Below, one piece after another: positions 47,827 through 56,582 of a stretch of 64,000 nt of DNA (the first letter of the stretch is position 1; each line of letters starts with the position of its first letter). Both the position numbers and the translations under genes were made by a program. Source of the DNA: Pseudomonas phage pPa_SNUABM_DT01; the sequence record MW735835.1, one strand, 5' to 3'. Below the pieces are notes generated by a model. The model did not search any database. It was not told the DNA's origin and worked only from the letters and a program-made list of their open reading frames with translations.

Positions 47827-48226
47827 CCGTGCACTCGAGCAGACAGTACCGGACAGTCTGCGGAGCCCAACCCGAATTGATCCAATCAGGGATCTCCTTT
47901 AGACGCTCAATAATGGCGTCGTAGGTGGCTTGGTCTTGGTCGTAAGTGACGAAGTAAGGATCTTGACCCAGGAACAGGTCCTCATCACGCAAGGTCTCGT
48001 AAATGTCAATCCCGAAGAGTTCATTCAGCTTGTAGGCGTAAATGATCGCTACCGAGTAAGACTTGGCCGGGTAGTAAAGCGGGAAGGTCGCCTCTTTGAA
48101 GTAGTGCAGGGCGTTTTCGATCTTCTCCTCGCTCTCGACCATCTCCATCAACTCGAAGTCGTCGGTGTGGTCTCGGACAAGTTGGTTGTACAGGCGCTGG
48201 TTGTCTTTATACGGATGGGAACTCAT
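47795..48226 (-). CDS. Hypothetical acidic protein, 143 aa.
   Basis: ORF overlapping both neighbours (32 and 20 nt). Confidence 0.45.
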   Translation of the reverse strand: MSSHPYKDNQRLYNQLVRDHTDDFELMEMVESEEKIENALHYFKEATFPLYYPAKSYSVAIIYAYKLNELFGIDIYETLRDEDLFLGQDPYFVTYDQDQATYDAIIERLKEIPDWINSGWAPQTVRYCLLECTDEGIISVNGA

Positions 48227-48644
48227 AGTTGCTCACAAACGAGATGCGCAACTCATCATGAGGTGACCGCTCAACATGATGCAACAGTCGAGCTGAGAAG
48301 ATGACCAAGCGGCCTTCCTTCGGGTGCACACGGTGATGGTTGCCTTGTTGATCGTGGATCACCAATGGTCCTTCGGCATCCAGTAGGTAGAGTACCGAAG
48401 TGAACACATGAGGCAGGTGATCATGAGGGGTGAGGCCTCCCGGACCGATGTGCACGTGGTTCGCACAGATGACCAAGTCCTGGAGTTGCAGATGCTGCTG
48501 CGTCAGGGGCAGGATTGTTTCGTCCGCCCACTTGATCAGGTCTTCATTGATCACGACATCTTTGTCGATCTCGCAGAAAGCCTGATCTACGACCCAGTCG
48601 GGGACAGGTATCCCTTCAACCTGGAAGAACAAAGGCTCGTTCAT
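48207..48644 (-). CDS. Second 2OG-Fe(II)-oxygenase-like paralog, 145 aa from MNEPLFF.
   Basis: GLTPHDHLPHVFTSVLYL .. GRLVIFSARLLHHV; ATGA overlap with the upstream radical-SAM gene. Confidence 0.5.
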   Translation of the reverse strand: MNEPLFFQVEGIPVPDWVVDQAFCEIDKDVVINEDLIKWADETILPLTQQHLQLQDLVICANHVHIGPGGLTPHDHLPHVFTSVLYLLDAEGPLVIHDQQGNHHRVHPKEGRLVIFSARLLHHVERSPHDELRISFVSNYEFPSV

Positions 48645-49666
48645 ACCAGCACGTCCCATTTATTTTTCATGTTGACAAGGCAGGTATCGTGCTTGAGATG
48701 ATTCATGACCGCATGGATATCGCCACGCGCACAACGATCCAAATGCAAGCACTTCCCACACTCAGGCGAATGACTGCGCTGCACCAACTGCTCGAAGTAC
48801 ATCTCTTCTTCGAACTGCTCGAGGTTGATCCCAATCCATGGCTTCTTCAGTTCGAAGTCTGGCGCAAAGATGGGGAACTTCTCGATCAAGGTAGGTGTGT
48901 AGTACAACTTGCCTTGTCGGTAGGTAGCCTCCAGACTGTCCGTCTTGGGCTTGATCAGGAACCGGTTGTACTGGGTATCCTTGCAGGCCTGAATGACGTC
49001 ACAGAAGCGACTGAAGGCGTTCAGGAATGCTTGCCGGTTGACGAGGTCATCGAAGCCCTTACGCACATGCGGAAACACGTACTCGACCAAACGACGCATG
49101 CCGAATTCCAGCTCATGGATTTGCTGATTGGTCTCCACGGAGAAGTTCTCAATGGAGTCGCCAGTCATGTTCACCGTCAGGTACAGCAGCTCGAACTTCA
49201 CGTCCGGCAGGTGGTCAATCACGTACCGGACACGCTGACGGATCAAGTCCTGGTGCTTAGGGTTGTTGATACTCTTGAGCGGGAAGGGTGTCGCCAAGGT
49301 GAAAGACTTGCCTTTCATCAGGACGTTGATCTTCTCGCAGAGCACATCGAGCCCTGTGTCGTCTAACAAGGCCAAGGGCAATACCACGCTGTCAAAGCGT
49401 TCAGCGAGTCCCTGGATCAGAGCATGTTCCAGGATACCGACACTCGCCTTAGAGGCAATGACGTCCACCGGACCAATGGTGAACTCCCGCAAGCGGTAGC
49501 CTTCCTGCTTCATGTCATCGACCAGATCCAACAGATCCCGTCGATCTTTGTTGAACGGACCGGGATCGAAGTCCCGGTCTACCATGCAACCCACGCAGTG
49601 GTACTTACAGCCTTGAAGAATCTCAAGCGTCAGGTTGAACGCTCTGTTCGGAACCAGTGCTGACAT
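48641..49666 (-). CDS. Radical SAM enzyme 1, 341 aa.
   Basis: LEILQGCKYHCVGCMVD (CxxxCxxC) at residues 20-27; C-terminal CGKCLHLDRCARG. Confidence 0.75.
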   Translation of the reverse strand: MSALVPNRAFNLTLEILQGCKYHCVGCMVDRDFDPGPFNKDRRDLLDLVDDMKQEGYRLREFTIGPVDVIASKASVGILEHALIQGLAERFDSVVLPLALLDDTGLDVLCEKINVLMKGKSFTLATPFPLKSINNPKHQDLIRQRVRYVIDHLPDVKFELLYLTVNMTGDSIENFSVETNQQIHELEFGMRRLVEYVFPHVRKGFDDLVNRQAFLNAFSRFCDVIQACKDTQYNRFLIKPKTDSLEATYRQGKLYYTPTLIEKFPIFAPDFELKKPWIGINLEQFEEEMYFEQLVQRSHSPECGKCLHLDRCARGDIHAVMNHLKHDTCLVNMKNKWDVLV

Positions 49667-50672
49667 ATTGGAGCCCTACCAGGCAGTCTTTTATTTTCAT
49701 GCGTTCCATGATGTTGATGATGCCCTTCTCACTGCAACTGGACATGTAGACGCAGGACATGCATGGCGTATCTGCCAGATAGTCCAGGGCGCGTTCTAGG
49801 GCCTTCTGACGGGTGTTCAGAAGATTCTCCATAGTCCAGGGGCGGGGAATGACGAAGTCGTCTTCTAGGAAGGGACAATCGTCTTTGAGGAAGGGTACCC
49901 AGTACAGCTTGCTGTCGGTGTACAGCAAGTTCACCATAGTGCCGGTGTGGTAGCAGAGATCGGGGTTACGGCGGCGCTCATCCTCACCCGACAGACCCGA
50001 GTAGAACTGGGTGATGCGGTGAGACATACGCTTGATGTTCTGGGCGACCATCAGGTCCTTCACTGGCACACGCCCGTACGGGATGTTCAGGATGTCGTCC
50101 TTGTCCACCGGGAAGTCGACCTTGAAACCGTTCTTCATCATCTCGTCGAAGTCTTCGCCCACGGTGTCCGTGGTGCAGTTGACCACAAAGCCTGCTTCGT
50201 TGAGGTAGGCCTTTTTCAAGTGCTCCTTCACGAAGTCCAGCTTGGAGACGATCATCTTGCTGAACTTGTCCGACTTGAAGAACGATGGCGCAGCTGGCAT
50301 CAGGAACCGCACAGCCTTGCCGGGTATGGCCTCGTCGATCTCTTCGCACATGACCTTGTACAGGTCCATGTTCTTCTCAAGGAACGCCGCGTTGAAGGTG
50401 ACCTGATGAAACCCCTGAGCCATCTCACGGAACACCGGATGTTCCATGACCTCAGCCACGTTGTCCGCAGACATGTAGTCGGTCGGGCCGATCCCCATGT
50501 CGAACGCCACGTAGCCATTGGCCACCATTTCGTTGACCAAGGCAGCCAGTTTAGGAATGTCATCGACATCCCCTCCCAACTCACGGTCAATCATGCAGCC
50601 GGCGCAATGGTTCGCGCAACCCCGGAAGATGTCCAGGGTGATTTCCAGCCGTTGACGATGTTGTACGATCAT
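49623..50672 (-). CDS. Radical SAM enzyme 2, 349 aa; paralog of enzyme 1.
   Basis: ITLDIFRGCANHCAGCMID; C-terminal CMSCVYMSSCSEKG; overlaps enzyme 1 by 44 nt. Confidence 0.75.
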   Translation of the reverse strand: MIVQHRQRLEITLDIFRGCANHCAGCMIDRELGGDVDDIPKLAALVNEMVANGYVAFDMGIGPTDYMSADNVAEVMEHPVFREMAQGFHQVTFNAAFLEKNMDLYKVMCEEIDEAIPGKAVRFLMPAAPSFFKSDKFSKMIVSKLDFVKEHLKKAYLNEAGFVVNCTTDTVGEDFDEMMKNGFKVDFPVDKDDILNIPYGRVPVKDLMVAQNIKRMSHRITQFYSGLSGEDERRRNPDLCYHTGTMVNLLYTDSKLYWVPFLKDDCPFLEDDFVIPRPWTMENLLNTRQKALERALDYLADTPCMSCVYMSSCSEKGIINIMERMKIKDCLVGLQYVSTGSEQSVQPDA

Positions 50673-51601
50673 TTCTTACGTCCAGCCCAATTGTCCAATA
50701 GACCCCGGAAGCCGTTACAGGAATTCTTCAGGGAGGTGACTTCACGCAAGTGTTCGGAAAGGCAGTTGCCAAAGTACGGGCAGGAGGAGCAGAAGGGATT
50801 GTCTTGGACCCGGTCGCGTTCAAAACCACACCAGTCCAGATACCCTTGTACTCCATCGACCGTCAGGAAATACTCACGGTCGTCCTTGTCGAACTCCAGT
50901 ACTGCAAAATCCCCAGAGGGCGTGATGTAGATGTGGTCGTCGCTGAATGCATTGCGCTTACCTTCTACCGCCTCTTTTACTTGGGTCTCGTTCTCGAAGT
51001 AGAACTTGCGTGCAGGATGCTTGATCACTGCCCATACAAACTCTTCGAATTCCTTGAACGACACCTCGTGCTCGTTAGCCTGGTTGGTGCTGTACGGCTT
51101 GATCTCACACCCCATGAGGTGCGGGAACATGTTCATCGTCTCGACGTAATCGTCAGGCGTTGTCTTATCGAGGAACGCACGACTGGCCAGCGTCAGCACG
51201 TTGAAGCGCTGACTCAGCAGGAACATGTTGTTCAACACCAGCTCATGTTTCTCACGGGCTTCGAAGTCGTACGACACCGAGATCATGAACGCCTTGTCAT
51301 GGACGATGTCTGGCACGTGAGACAGGTTGGTCACCAGCACGATGTCAGTGATCCCACGGGTCAACAGAACCTGCTTGACGCCAATGAGGTACTCTTGAGG
51401 CAGCACCAGCACCTCACCACCGTAGATGTCGACATGACCAATTTCGAAGTGCTCCATCAGAGCATCGAGCCGATCAGCAAAGACATCCACAGGCAACAGA
51501 GTGCGGTCGCTTAACTGTTGCTCGGTGAGGTAACAAAACGAGCACCGGAAGTTGCAGTAGTACCAGGGGTTGAAGCTGATGTTGAGGCTGGGTTTGGCCA
51601 T
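50669..51601 (-). CDS. Radical SAM / SPASM-domain enzyme 3 (anSME / peptide-maturase-like), 310 aa.
   Basis: NPWYYCNFRCSFCYL; C-terminal CGFERDRVQDNPFCSSCPYFGNCLSEH Cys cluster. Confidence 0.8.
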   Translation of the reverse strand: MAKPSLNISFNPWYYCNFRCSFCYLTEQQLSDRTLLPVDVFADRLDALMEHFEIGHVDIYGGEVLVLPQEYLIGVKQVLLTRGITDIVLVTNLSHVPDIVHDKAFMISVSYDFEAREKHELVLNNMFLLSQRFNVLTLASRAFLDKTTPDDYVETMNMFPHLMGCEIKPYSTNQANEHEVSFKEFEEFVWAVIKHPARKFYFENETQVKEAVEGKRNAFSDDHIYITPSGDFAVLEFDKDDREYFLTVDGVQGYLDWCGFERDRVQDNPFCSSCPYFGNCLSEHLREVTSLKNSCNGFRGLLDNWAGRKK

Positions 51602-51780
51602 GATTGCAACGATTCCAGGAAGCGGCGTTGGTAGGGATGCAGGGGCTTGGTGTGACCGAGCGCCATCTCGGCAAAATCAGCGAGGTTGTCTCGGCAACGC
51701 TTGACGACTACTTTCTTGAGGACTTCGGGGATCTCAAGCTTGAGTTCGTATCCCGGAGGGAAGAATGCCATTTGATCCAT
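51511..51780 (-). CDS. Small ORF, 89 aa, between radical-SAM genes; its 3-prime 91 nt overlap the enzyme-3 start.
   Basis: ORF only; begins 3 nt after the enzyme-4 stop. Could be a precursor or accessory peptide, or spurious. Confidence 0.3.
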   Translation of the reverse strand: MDQMAFFPPGYELKLEIPEVLKKVVVKRCRDNLADFAEMALGHTKPLHPYQRRFLESLQSWPNPASTSASTPGTTATSGARFVTSPSNS

Positions 51781-51782
51781 GA

Positions 51783-52874
51783 TTAACCTTTCGCGATGAG
51801 TTGGACGGATTCGTCCTCGTAAGGGGTCGGTGTCAGATGGGCCGACATGCCATTGATCTCGATGATCTTGGCTGCCTGACTCTTCATCTTCCGACAGTGG
51901 TGTTCGGTCAAGCCAAACCGCTTGGTGTCCGAGATGGTCTTACGGCAACCATTGCAGATGGCAAACATCGGGCAGATGTAGCAGGATTCCTTCATCGACT
52001 GAAGGTGTTCCTGATCCCGTAACGGCAGGACCAGTTCCTTGCCAGACATCTCGGTCTCGAAGTCAATCGGGAACGCCATGTCGTCAGCAAAGGCACCGCA
52101 GGAGAAGTAATGACCACCGGGCTGCAAGGTACGGATACCTTCATCGCAGTTGCGAGCCAGAGGACACGTGGTGTGCTTGCCTTTAAGGCGCTTGGCCATC
52201 TGTTTGGTGTTGTACTCCCACTCCATCAGACCGGCTTCGTAGATCTGGATGTAGTGGCCGTAGATATCGGCTTGGGTGAAGAAGTTGTTCTCACTACCCA
52301 TCACCGTGCCGCGGTTGTTCACTTCAGGCCCAGAGGCCACGACATGGTTCACCTTGGCCTCGACACCCATCTCCTTGGCCAGCCTGACCGTATCCAAGAC
52401 AGTGTGCTCGTTGTCCTTGTCGATCACCGCAATGAAGTCCAAGCGGTAGCCGATGCGTTCAAAGAACAGGTCCGAGACCTTACGGAAATCCTCTTCAGTG
52501 AACGGCGTACCATCACCCTTCAGGCGTTTGTCGCCGTATTGGAACGACGTGGTGATGCCCAGACGTTCATGCTTGAACAACTCTTCCCACATCTCGGGCT
52601 TCTTGTAGAAAGCCCAGAGGTTAGAAGTGAAGCTGATGGATGCATCGCAGTTGTTGCGGTCCAGGATGGCGATCATGTCCCAGTAGTACTGGGGCGGCAT
52701 CATCAGAGGATCGCCACCGTTGACGATGATGGTGTTGGTATCGGGGAAGCGCTGAATGAAGCGTTCGATCTGATCCAGCTCAACGATGTCCTTGGGGTCC
52801 TCGGACAGGTAAGTACTGGAGCAGAACGTGCACTTGAAGTTACAGGCTACCGTTGGCTTGACGATGAGATCCAA
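51783..52874 (-). CDS. Radical SAM / SPASM-domain enzyme 4, 363 aa.
   Basis: VKPTVACNFKCTFCSS; C-terminal CPLARNCDEG .. SCGAF .. CYICPMFAICNGC (two auxiliary-cluster-like motifs). Confidence 0.8.
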   Translation of the reverse strand: MDLIVKPTVACNFKCTFCSSTYLSEDPKDIVELDQIERFIQRFPDTNTIIVNGGDPLMMPPQYYWDMIAILDRNNCDASISFTSNLWAFYKKPEMWEELFKHERLGITTSFQYGDKRLKGDGTPFTEEDFRKVSDLFFERIGYRLDFIAVIDKDNEHTVLDTVRLAKEMGVEAKVNHVVASGPEVNNRGTVMGSENNFFTQADIYGHYIQIYEAGLMEWEYNTKQMAKRLKGKHTTCPLARNCDEGIRTLQPGGHYFSCGAFADDMAFPIDFETEMSGKELVLPLRDQEHLQSMKESCYICPMFAICNGCRKTISDTKRFGLTEHHCRKMKSQAAKIIEINGMSAHLTPTPYEDESVQLIAKG

Positions 52875-53028
52875 TTGCCTGCTCCTGAGGTTGAGTGGTC
52901 CAAAGGTTGAAGTAATCGCGCTTGTCGATCTTGTCCGGGTTCTCGATAGTGAGTTGTTTCAGCTTCTCGGCTATTTCTTTTTCGGACATCTTGAGAAAAT
53001 TACGGGGAGGTACGGCCATGGCAGTCAC
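52840..53028 (-). CDS. Small ORF, 62 aa (MTAMAVPPRNFLKMSEKEIAEKLKQLTIENPDKIDKRDYFNLWTTQPQEQ..); overlaps enzyme 4 by 35 nt.
   Basis: ORF only; located between two SPASM maturase-like genes. Confidence 0.3.
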   Translation of the reverse strand: MTAMAVPPRNFLKMSEKEIAEKLKQLTIENPDKIDKRDYFNLWTTQPQEQAIGSHRQANGSL

Positions 53029-53116
53029 CCTCTTTAAAGAAAAGATTCATAAGAAAGGTTCCGCATGTTTTAAGACACACGGCATAAAGGCCCGGTCTAG
53101 CCGGGCCCCTATGTTG

Positions 53117-54118
53117 TCACGCAAGGATCACCTTGAACATGGCCTTGATCGAGCAGTCTTTCGACTTCTCGCCCAGGACCGTGTCATGCAGGAAACACCG
53201 TAGGCCACAGCGCTGATAGAACTCGCAACTGAAGCACCCGTAGTGTTCCACAAATGTCACTTCTGCGTTGTCCTTCGCGATCAGGCCTTCCTTCTCATCG
53301 AGGATTGCATCTTTGCCCGCTTCAGACCAACAGGTACTGATCACCCCATCCTTGTTGATGATCTTGGTGGAACGGCACGTGGTCTCGTTGACGACGTTAC
53401 GTTTCCAGTCCTTGATCGGATAGGAGTTCGGGTACTTGTCGTTCAGCTTGATGTACAGCTGACTGATCAGGTCTTCGTCGGGTTGATGATAGGCGTACAG
53501 CTGACTGGGGATGTAATGATCGAAGTACACGTCGTACTTGTCACAGAGCCAGACGAACTCGTCACCTTCCTTGCCATCGAGGAAGATTTGGATGTTCTGC
53601 TTGGTGATCACCACGTTGACCGTCTGAACGTACTCGCCCAGGACTTCGAGGTTCTGGAAGAACAGTTCACGCTGAGCACCATTGAAGCGCCCAGCAGGGT
53701 CGTAGGACGTGGCTAGCCAAACACGTGGGTCGATCAGCCGGAGCCGTTCGATCAGGTGCTTGACGCGGTCGGTGTTGTGGTAGACGAGATTGGTACCGAA
53801 GACCAACTTGACATCCTTGAAGTGTTCCAAGCACATCTTGCCGACTTGGTAGTACGCCTCGAAGACGTCATCACCAATCTCGTTCATGAACAGTTCACCG
53901 CCGGTGATGTTGACCACCATAGCCGTGTCTGGGTGCGTGGTTGCCAAGAGCTTGGCAGCCTTCTCGATCATCAGATCCCCGTCGAGACCCACTTTGGAAT
54001 CATGGTCCTGGTGGCAGAACGAGCAACGCATGTTGCACAGCTCGAACAGGATCAGGTGGGCTTCTTTCCACTTGCCCTTCTTGTCACGCAGGATGTCTAC
54101 AACAGGGATCAGGTCCAT
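53117..54118 (-). CDS. Radical SAM / SPASM-domain enzyme 5, 333 aa from MDLIPVV.
   Basis: ILFELCNMRCSFCHQD; C-terminal CWSEAG .. CFSCEFYQRCGLRCF. The track start is a TTG 6 nt upstream; the ATG shares one nucleotide with the upstream stop (TAATG). Confidence 0.8.
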   Translation of the reverse strand: MDLIPVVDILRDKKGKWKEAHLILFELCNMRCSFCHQDHDSKVGLDGDLMIEKAAKLLATTHPDTAMVVNITGGELFMNEIGDDVFEAYYQVGKMCLEHFKDVKLVFGTNLVYHNTDRVKHLIERLRLIDPRVWLATSYDPAGRFNGAQRELFFQNLEVLGEYVQTVNVVITKQNIQIFLDGKEGDEFVWLCDKYDVYFDHYIPSQLYAYHQPDEDLISQLYIKLNDKYPNSYPIKDWKRNVVNETTCRSTKIINKDGVISTCWSEAGKDAILDEKEGLIAKDNAEVTFVEHYGCFSCEFYQRCGLRCFLHDTVLGEKSKDCSIKAMFKVILA

Positions 54119-55173
54119 TACCAACGCGCTCCGGTGAGAGCCGCCTTCAGGCCTGCCAGGTCAGTGGTCAGGATGTGGCGGATCAGGTTCTCGTCGTACT
54201 TGCCGGTGTCACGCATCGCCAGGGCAATACGCATCTCGCCAGCAAACATGTCGGTCACACGACGCAGGCAGTTCTCGGGTTCACGCATGTTGGCTTCGTC
54301 GTTCAGCAGCGAGAGGATCTGAGCAGCACGGCGGGACGAGGATTCGTCTTCGAGCTGGTGCATCAGTTCAACGGCCTCCATCAGCATGCCCTTGATCCAG
54401 ACGTCGGTCGGACGGAAGTCGTACAGGCCCGGACGGAGCAACTGTTGAGACGCCAGGTGCGGCAGATTGAGGCAACCTTCGAACACGGTCGGTGCGTTCA
54501 GCAAGGTGTCGACGTCGGCGCCGGCCAGTTCCCAGTTCTCGGGACGGGTCAGGTGACGAGCCCAGACGTCCATGGCATCGTGGGCGTTCGACAGTGCGAT
54601 ACGACGCAGGATGTTCTTGGTGGTCTTCGGGATCTTGCCGACACGGGCATCGGTACGCAGGCGAGCAATGTGCCACTCCAGCGAGAGGGCTTCCGGGTTA
54701 CGGAGTACCAGCTCGTTCATGGCCTCTTGCAGCGGTTCGTCCTTGTCGAACAGCGCCTGCACGACCTTGGTGTCGATCTTGATGCTGGACAGCACATCGA
54801 CGCGAGGTTCGCCCATGGCGACGATCAGGCTGTTGAAGGTGGCCTTCTTGCACACGAAGAACCAACGGAAGTTCTCGAAGTCGATCTTCGGGAACAACGC
54901 CTTGATCAACATGGCGTACAGGCGGGTATAGGTGTCGCTGTCGCAGTACACCATGACCTTGTCCTTGCTCTCGAGCGCTGCACCGAAGACCTCGGTGAAT
55001 TGCTCGGGTTCGAACTGGTCGAGGCTCTGGGCGAAACCCAGCTGCACACCGACTTCTTCGAACTCGCCCGGGCTGTGTTTCCAGCCGATCTGGGGCGAGA
55101 TGGTAATGACGTTCTTCGAGCGGTCAATCCGCAGTTCGGAGTCGACGTACGCCTGGTTAAACAGATGGTACAT
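54118..55173 (-). CDS. Hypothetical protein, 351 aa, within the radical-SAM cluster.
   Basis: Coupled ORF; no recognisable motif. Confidence 0.5.
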   Translation of the reverse strand: MYHLFNQAYVDSELRIDRSKNVITISPQIGWKHSPGEFEEVGVQLGFAQSLDQFEPEQFTEVFGAALESKDKVMVYCDSDTYTRLYAMLIKALFPKIDFENFRWFFVCKKATFNSLIVAMGEPRVDVLSSIKIDTKVVQALFDKDEPLQEAMNELVLRNPEALSLEWHIARLRTDARVGKIPKTTKNILRRIALSNAHDAMDVWARHLTRPENWELAGADVDTLLNAPTVFEGCLNLPHLASQQLLRPGLYDFRPTDVWIKGMLMEAVELMHQLEDESSSRRAAQILSLLNDEANMREPENCLRRVTDMFAGEMRIALAMRDTGKYDENLIRHILTTDLAGLKAALTGARW

Positions 55174-56032
55174 GTTCGATACCTTTCAGGACATTGAGGT
55201 TGGACTGGAGTTCCGCACGTCCAGCTTGCTCGAGTCGAACCAGCTGCTCGGGTTCGCTCAGCGACAGCAGACCCAGGAAGTAGGGGTTGTGCTCGCTATC
55301 GAAGAAGGCGAACAGGTTCTTGCCGGCGAAGCAGTACTCGTTGAAGAACATCTTGTTCCAGCACCAGTCTTCTTCCGGGATGTCTTGCATCAGCACCGGG
55401 AACAACGGGTGTTGGATGAGCTTCACGAAGTTCAGGCCCAGCAGGCTTTCACCTTCGATCTCGGGGTAGTTGGCTACCTGATCCTTCAGCGTGGCGTAGC
55501 TGTGCAGGGCGTAGACCGGGACCATGCAGACGTTCTGCATCCAGGTCTCGAGGATGTCGCGATGCTCCTCGATGAACGGGACGGGATTGAACGGCAGCAG
55601 GTAAGGCTTGCCCGACGCAGCCAAAAGCAAGTTGATGGCCAGGTCTTCCATCTCAGGCAGATTCACCATGGAGGTGATGTAGAGATAGTCCTTCAGCATG
55701 TCCAACTTGGCTTCCAGCGAGGAGAACTTGATCTCGCACTTGATGTCCAGGTTGGTTAGGTAGGTGATCAGCACACTGCCTTTGTACTTGCTGTTGTCGT
55801 AGTCGACGATGAACTTCACGTTCTCCGAGAACTTACGCTTGAGCGTCAGCATCGGGATCGGAACGGTCACTTCGAGCACGACCAACTTGTCCCGCCACTC
55901 CTGCTCTTCTTTCAAGAGCAGTTTGTATTCCAGCTTCATGCCGAGAGACATGCTGTTCAGGCGCTCTCGGTCTTTTCTCGGATTGCCGGTCAACTTGTGC
56001 CGTTTGCGGAACTCGTCGAGTTGCTTCTCCAT
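55157..56032 (-). CDS. Hypothetical protein, 291 aa, within the radical-SAM cluster.
   Basis: ORF overlapping the downstream gene by 17 nt. Confidence 0.5.
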   Translation of the reverse strand: MEKQLDEFRKRHKLTGNPRKDRERLNSMSLGMKLEYKLLLKEEQEWRDKLVVLEVTVPIPMLTLKRKFSENVKFIVDYDNSKYKGSVLITYLTNLDIKCEIKFSSLEAKLDMLKDYLYITSMVNLPEMEDLAINLLLAASGKPYLLPFNPVPFIEEHRDILETWMQNVCMVPVYALHSYATLKDQVANYPEIEGESLLGLNFVKLIQHPLFPVLMQDIPEEDWCWNKMFFNEYCFAGKNLFAFFDSEHNPYFLGLLSLSEPEQLVRLEQAGRAELQSNLNVLKGIEHVPSV

Positions 56033-56044
56033 GGTGAACTCCTA

Positions 56045-56581
56045 TTACCGGCGGCCGCGAGCAGAGTGACAGCTCGTGTGGCAGCTGGTGTGACAGATGG
56101 TATTTTGCAGGGTGAGGACCTGTGCACGGCAGGCATTCTGATAAGCGCTCAGGAGAGCGTTACATGCGTTGTTATAGACGTTGAGGTCCATGTTGGTGCC
56201 TTCGGTCAGAGCGCCGAGGTTAGCACCAGAGGCGAAATCCACTCCATAGACCGTATGACCAACAGCGGTCACATCGAAGATCAGTTCCTGACCAACAGCG
56301 TAATGGGTACGCCAGATCAGGACACGGCACGTCCGAATACCACTGAATAGGTTGGCCACGTAACGAAGAACCTGGGTGGCTTGCAGTGCTTGCGGCTCAC
56401 CGGCGGTGAATTGCTCGGTAGCGAACAGTGCGCCTTTGCCACCGGTAGTGCCAGCGAACCAGCCTGGCAGGCCATTCGGCGGTACGTTGTTGGTACCCCA
56501 GGCGATACCGGCGTTCATGTTGTTGCTGAGAATCGTGTTGGCGTTGGCAGCCAGTCGACTCCGACGAATCACTTCGGTCAT
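56045..56581 (-). CDS. Protein of 178 aa with a Gly/Ala/Thr/Asn-rich body and a C-terminal tandem Cys motif ..NTICHTSCHTSCHSARGRR; candidate radical-SAM substrate.
   Basis: Starts 1 nt after the stop of radical-SAM enzyme 6; three tandem CHTS/CHS units at the extreme C-terminus. Confidence 0.55.
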   Translation of the reverse strand: MTEVIRRSRLAANANTILSNNMNAGIAWGTNNVPPNGLPGWFAGTTGGKGALFATEQFTAGEPQALQATQVLRYVANLFSGIRTCRVLIWRTHYAVGQELIFDVTAVGHTVYGVDFASGANLGALTEGTNMDLNVYNNACNALLSAYQNACRAQVLTLQNTICHTSCHTSCHSARGRR

Positions 56582-56582
56582 A

